From: Antedon mediterranea
Lineage: Eukaryota > Animalia > Echinodermata
DNA: 64,000 nt
Reading direction: 5' to 3'
NCBI RefSeq assembly: GCF_964355755.1
Contig: NC_092679.1
Span: 10,647,432 to 10,711,431, forward strand
Shown here piece after piece: positions 61,726 through 64,000 of the stretch (within the stretch, counting starts at the first letter, position 1; each line of letters opens with the position of its first letter). The notes beneath the pieces were generated by a model that saw only the letters and a list, made by a program, of their open reading frames with translations, searched no databases and was not told the origin of the DNA. A program made the position numbers and the translations under genes.

Positions 61726-62321
61726 AATATACCTTAAGATAAGATTATTAAGTACAATATCTTAAGATTTTTAAGTACATTGACGAAGATAACTGCTCCT
61801 TTTGTAACATTAAAAGAGAAACAGTTTATCATTTATTTTGTAAATGTATCAGTTTGTTTTTTCAATGGTGTTCTCGAAATCTTGATATTCGTATATGTGT
61901 ATCGGAAAGTGAACTGCTTTTTAGTAATACCCCATCCAATAGGATTAATTTACTTTTGTCAATTACTAAAGTTGTATATAGGAGTAAGTTTTCGGGCCTC
62001 CTCTCACTGGCCTCATAAGCTTTGTAAAAGATTACTTTACAATTAAAAAGTTTAGATTAATATAATGCATAATAATATAATGCATGCATATAAAGTGTAA
62101 TAACCCTCCGACGTACTAAACAAAATGGACGTTGCGATTTTCTAGGCTCTGAAGGCAAATGATTTTTCTCTTTTAATTTTGTTATGCTGTCGGAAGTTCG
62201 GCAACATTATTCCTGATATCACCTTAAACACCTCGGTGTAAATGAATGACTTACGAAAGTTGGAAAAGCTCTCAAAAAAATCCGTAAAAAAGCCGATTTA
62301 ATATAGGCCTAGTCTAGGGCC

Positions 62322-62480
62322 TACGGTGTACGATGAAATCGGTCGCGTCTGAAATCGGTCGCGTTTGAAATCGGTCGCGATAAAATCAACTTCCGGTATT
62401 TTGTATGGTGCGCCGCTAGAGCTTTACTTTTGATGATATCGGTCGCGTTTGAAATCGGTCGCGTTTTAACTCGGTCGCGC
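62322..62480. repeat. 16-bp GAAATCGGTCGCGT repeats, probable terminus of a DNA transposon extending beyond the window
   Basis: Six TCGGTCGCG copies in two clusters after TACGGTGTAC; no partner end found in the window. Confidence 0.55.
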
Positions 62481-64000
62481 TATTTTGTATGGAGCGAGAT
62501 GCATGCTACAGTGGCGGGATATACATTTTCTTCGTTTATATAGATTCTAATTGATTTTTTAGGAACTAGATTATTTATGTGGATATTTTTTATTTGGTTA
62601 TTAAATATTTATTATCAATCATTAATTTTTTTATTTATTTCACAGGTCTCGGAGAAGGTGTCTCTTCAAAAAGGCCGTTTATAAACACGTTTAAATATTA
62701 TATTAGTAGGCATATAATAATTTACCTATTTATAATATGTGCTGTAACTAATTAATATTATATAGAGAATATACGTCTGTGTCTTTTATTATGCAAACAA
62801 TTACGTAAAAGAGAACAATTTATTTAAAAACAACAATTGTTACAATGTATAGCCCGTAAAGCCAGCGTATCCATTTTATACTATGCATACTGTGCGATAC
62901 CATATTCATGTCGTTAACAACTTACTATTCGATCACCTTATTTTTATTTCTATTTTATTTATGTCCGTACGTTATGTAGAATAATATTAAATATATAATG
63001 ATTATTGTTGAAATAGTTTTTAGTAAAAATGATTATTATAATGCGGATCGTTAAAAGGCGAGTTTGAAATAAACCCCCAAATAAGCTATATCGGAGATGC
63101 GCCTTCTTATGATCTTGCAGCTGTTTCCTCTAACAGAAAGTTATTTTGCTGACGGGGATTCCCCTTTTTAAAAAAACATGCACAGTATGTCAAATCATGG
63201 CCAAAATACGTACGATCGTTGTCCATGGCCACTAATAACCATACGTTTGAAACATCTATAGGCCTCCTGCACGTGTTTTTGTGAAACGATGTATATAATT
63301 TACGTATATACGTCGGCGATACTATAGTTTTTAATTTGAATATCTTTTATTTCTTCATTTATAATAATCATGTAATGTAAATAATTACAGTAAGTACAAC
63401 TCAGTGTCTCGCATCCATACGCCGTTCGTATCTAAATGTTCAAATATCAGTGCAGATTACCTCATTATTAAATAATATTCTACTGAGCTGTATAGGCCCG
63501 GTAGATTGATTTATAACGGCAAATTATCTATATACAGTAGTTTATTATTATCCTAAAATCATGCTCATGTCAGAGTGGAGGATATCGAATGTAAAAATCA
63601 CCGTCATGCATCATCTTCCTTTTTGCATAACCTCATTGAGCTGGTATCCACTTGCAGGTATAGAACGAGTTTCGTAATTAACTATGATTAAAAAATATGC
63701 AATAGGCACGTCTACTTGTTTAACTAATAAATTATTTCAACATTTTCAAAACTTTAAACAGTGGCAGCCAATCTTTTCAAAAATTTATAAATAATTAATA
63801 TAAATTTATAATATAATAATAAATAAATAATATTCAATAAAACATTTTCAAAATGACTTTCTGAACGAACACATTACAATTCATTGACATCTGTAAAATA
63901 AAATGAAAACACAAATTATTTAGAAATAATGAGATAAATATTTATATTTACTGTACATTAAAAATGTATCATCTACGTGCGTCCCATACAAATTAGCGAG

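Overview
AT-rich animal genomic DNA, probably from a marine invertebrate (possibly an echinoderm; this is an inference). The only host gene is INO80 (chromatin-remodelling ATPase) on the minus strand. I reconstructed 22 coding exons from 59955 down to 5520, all GT-AG and in consistent phase, giving about 1144 codons from the N-terminus through DBINO, the SNF2 lobe and the insert to the start of the helicase-C lobe; the gene continues off the left edge. The introns are packed with nested mobile DNA. This includes an AcademX-type transposon with an XPG-like nuclease, long TIRs, a TAT target-site duplication (TSD) and an internal 150-bp tandem array, plus two more TAG...CTA Academ-like non-autonomous elements (one with a 9-bp TSD). 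There are at least three Helentron/HINE-like families with a shared 3' hairpin but family-specific sub-terminal repeats, and non-autonomous Helitrons. Also present: piggyBac, Tc1/pogo, hAT, Harbinger and MULE derivatives, Crypton-like palindromes, a Penelope element with hammerhead-like motifs, a near-full CR1/L2-group LINE, other LINE fragments, a SINE core and a DIRS fragment. No rRNA, tRNA or CRISPR array was seen. All coordinates and alignments were read by eye; family names are from motif recognition, not database searches.
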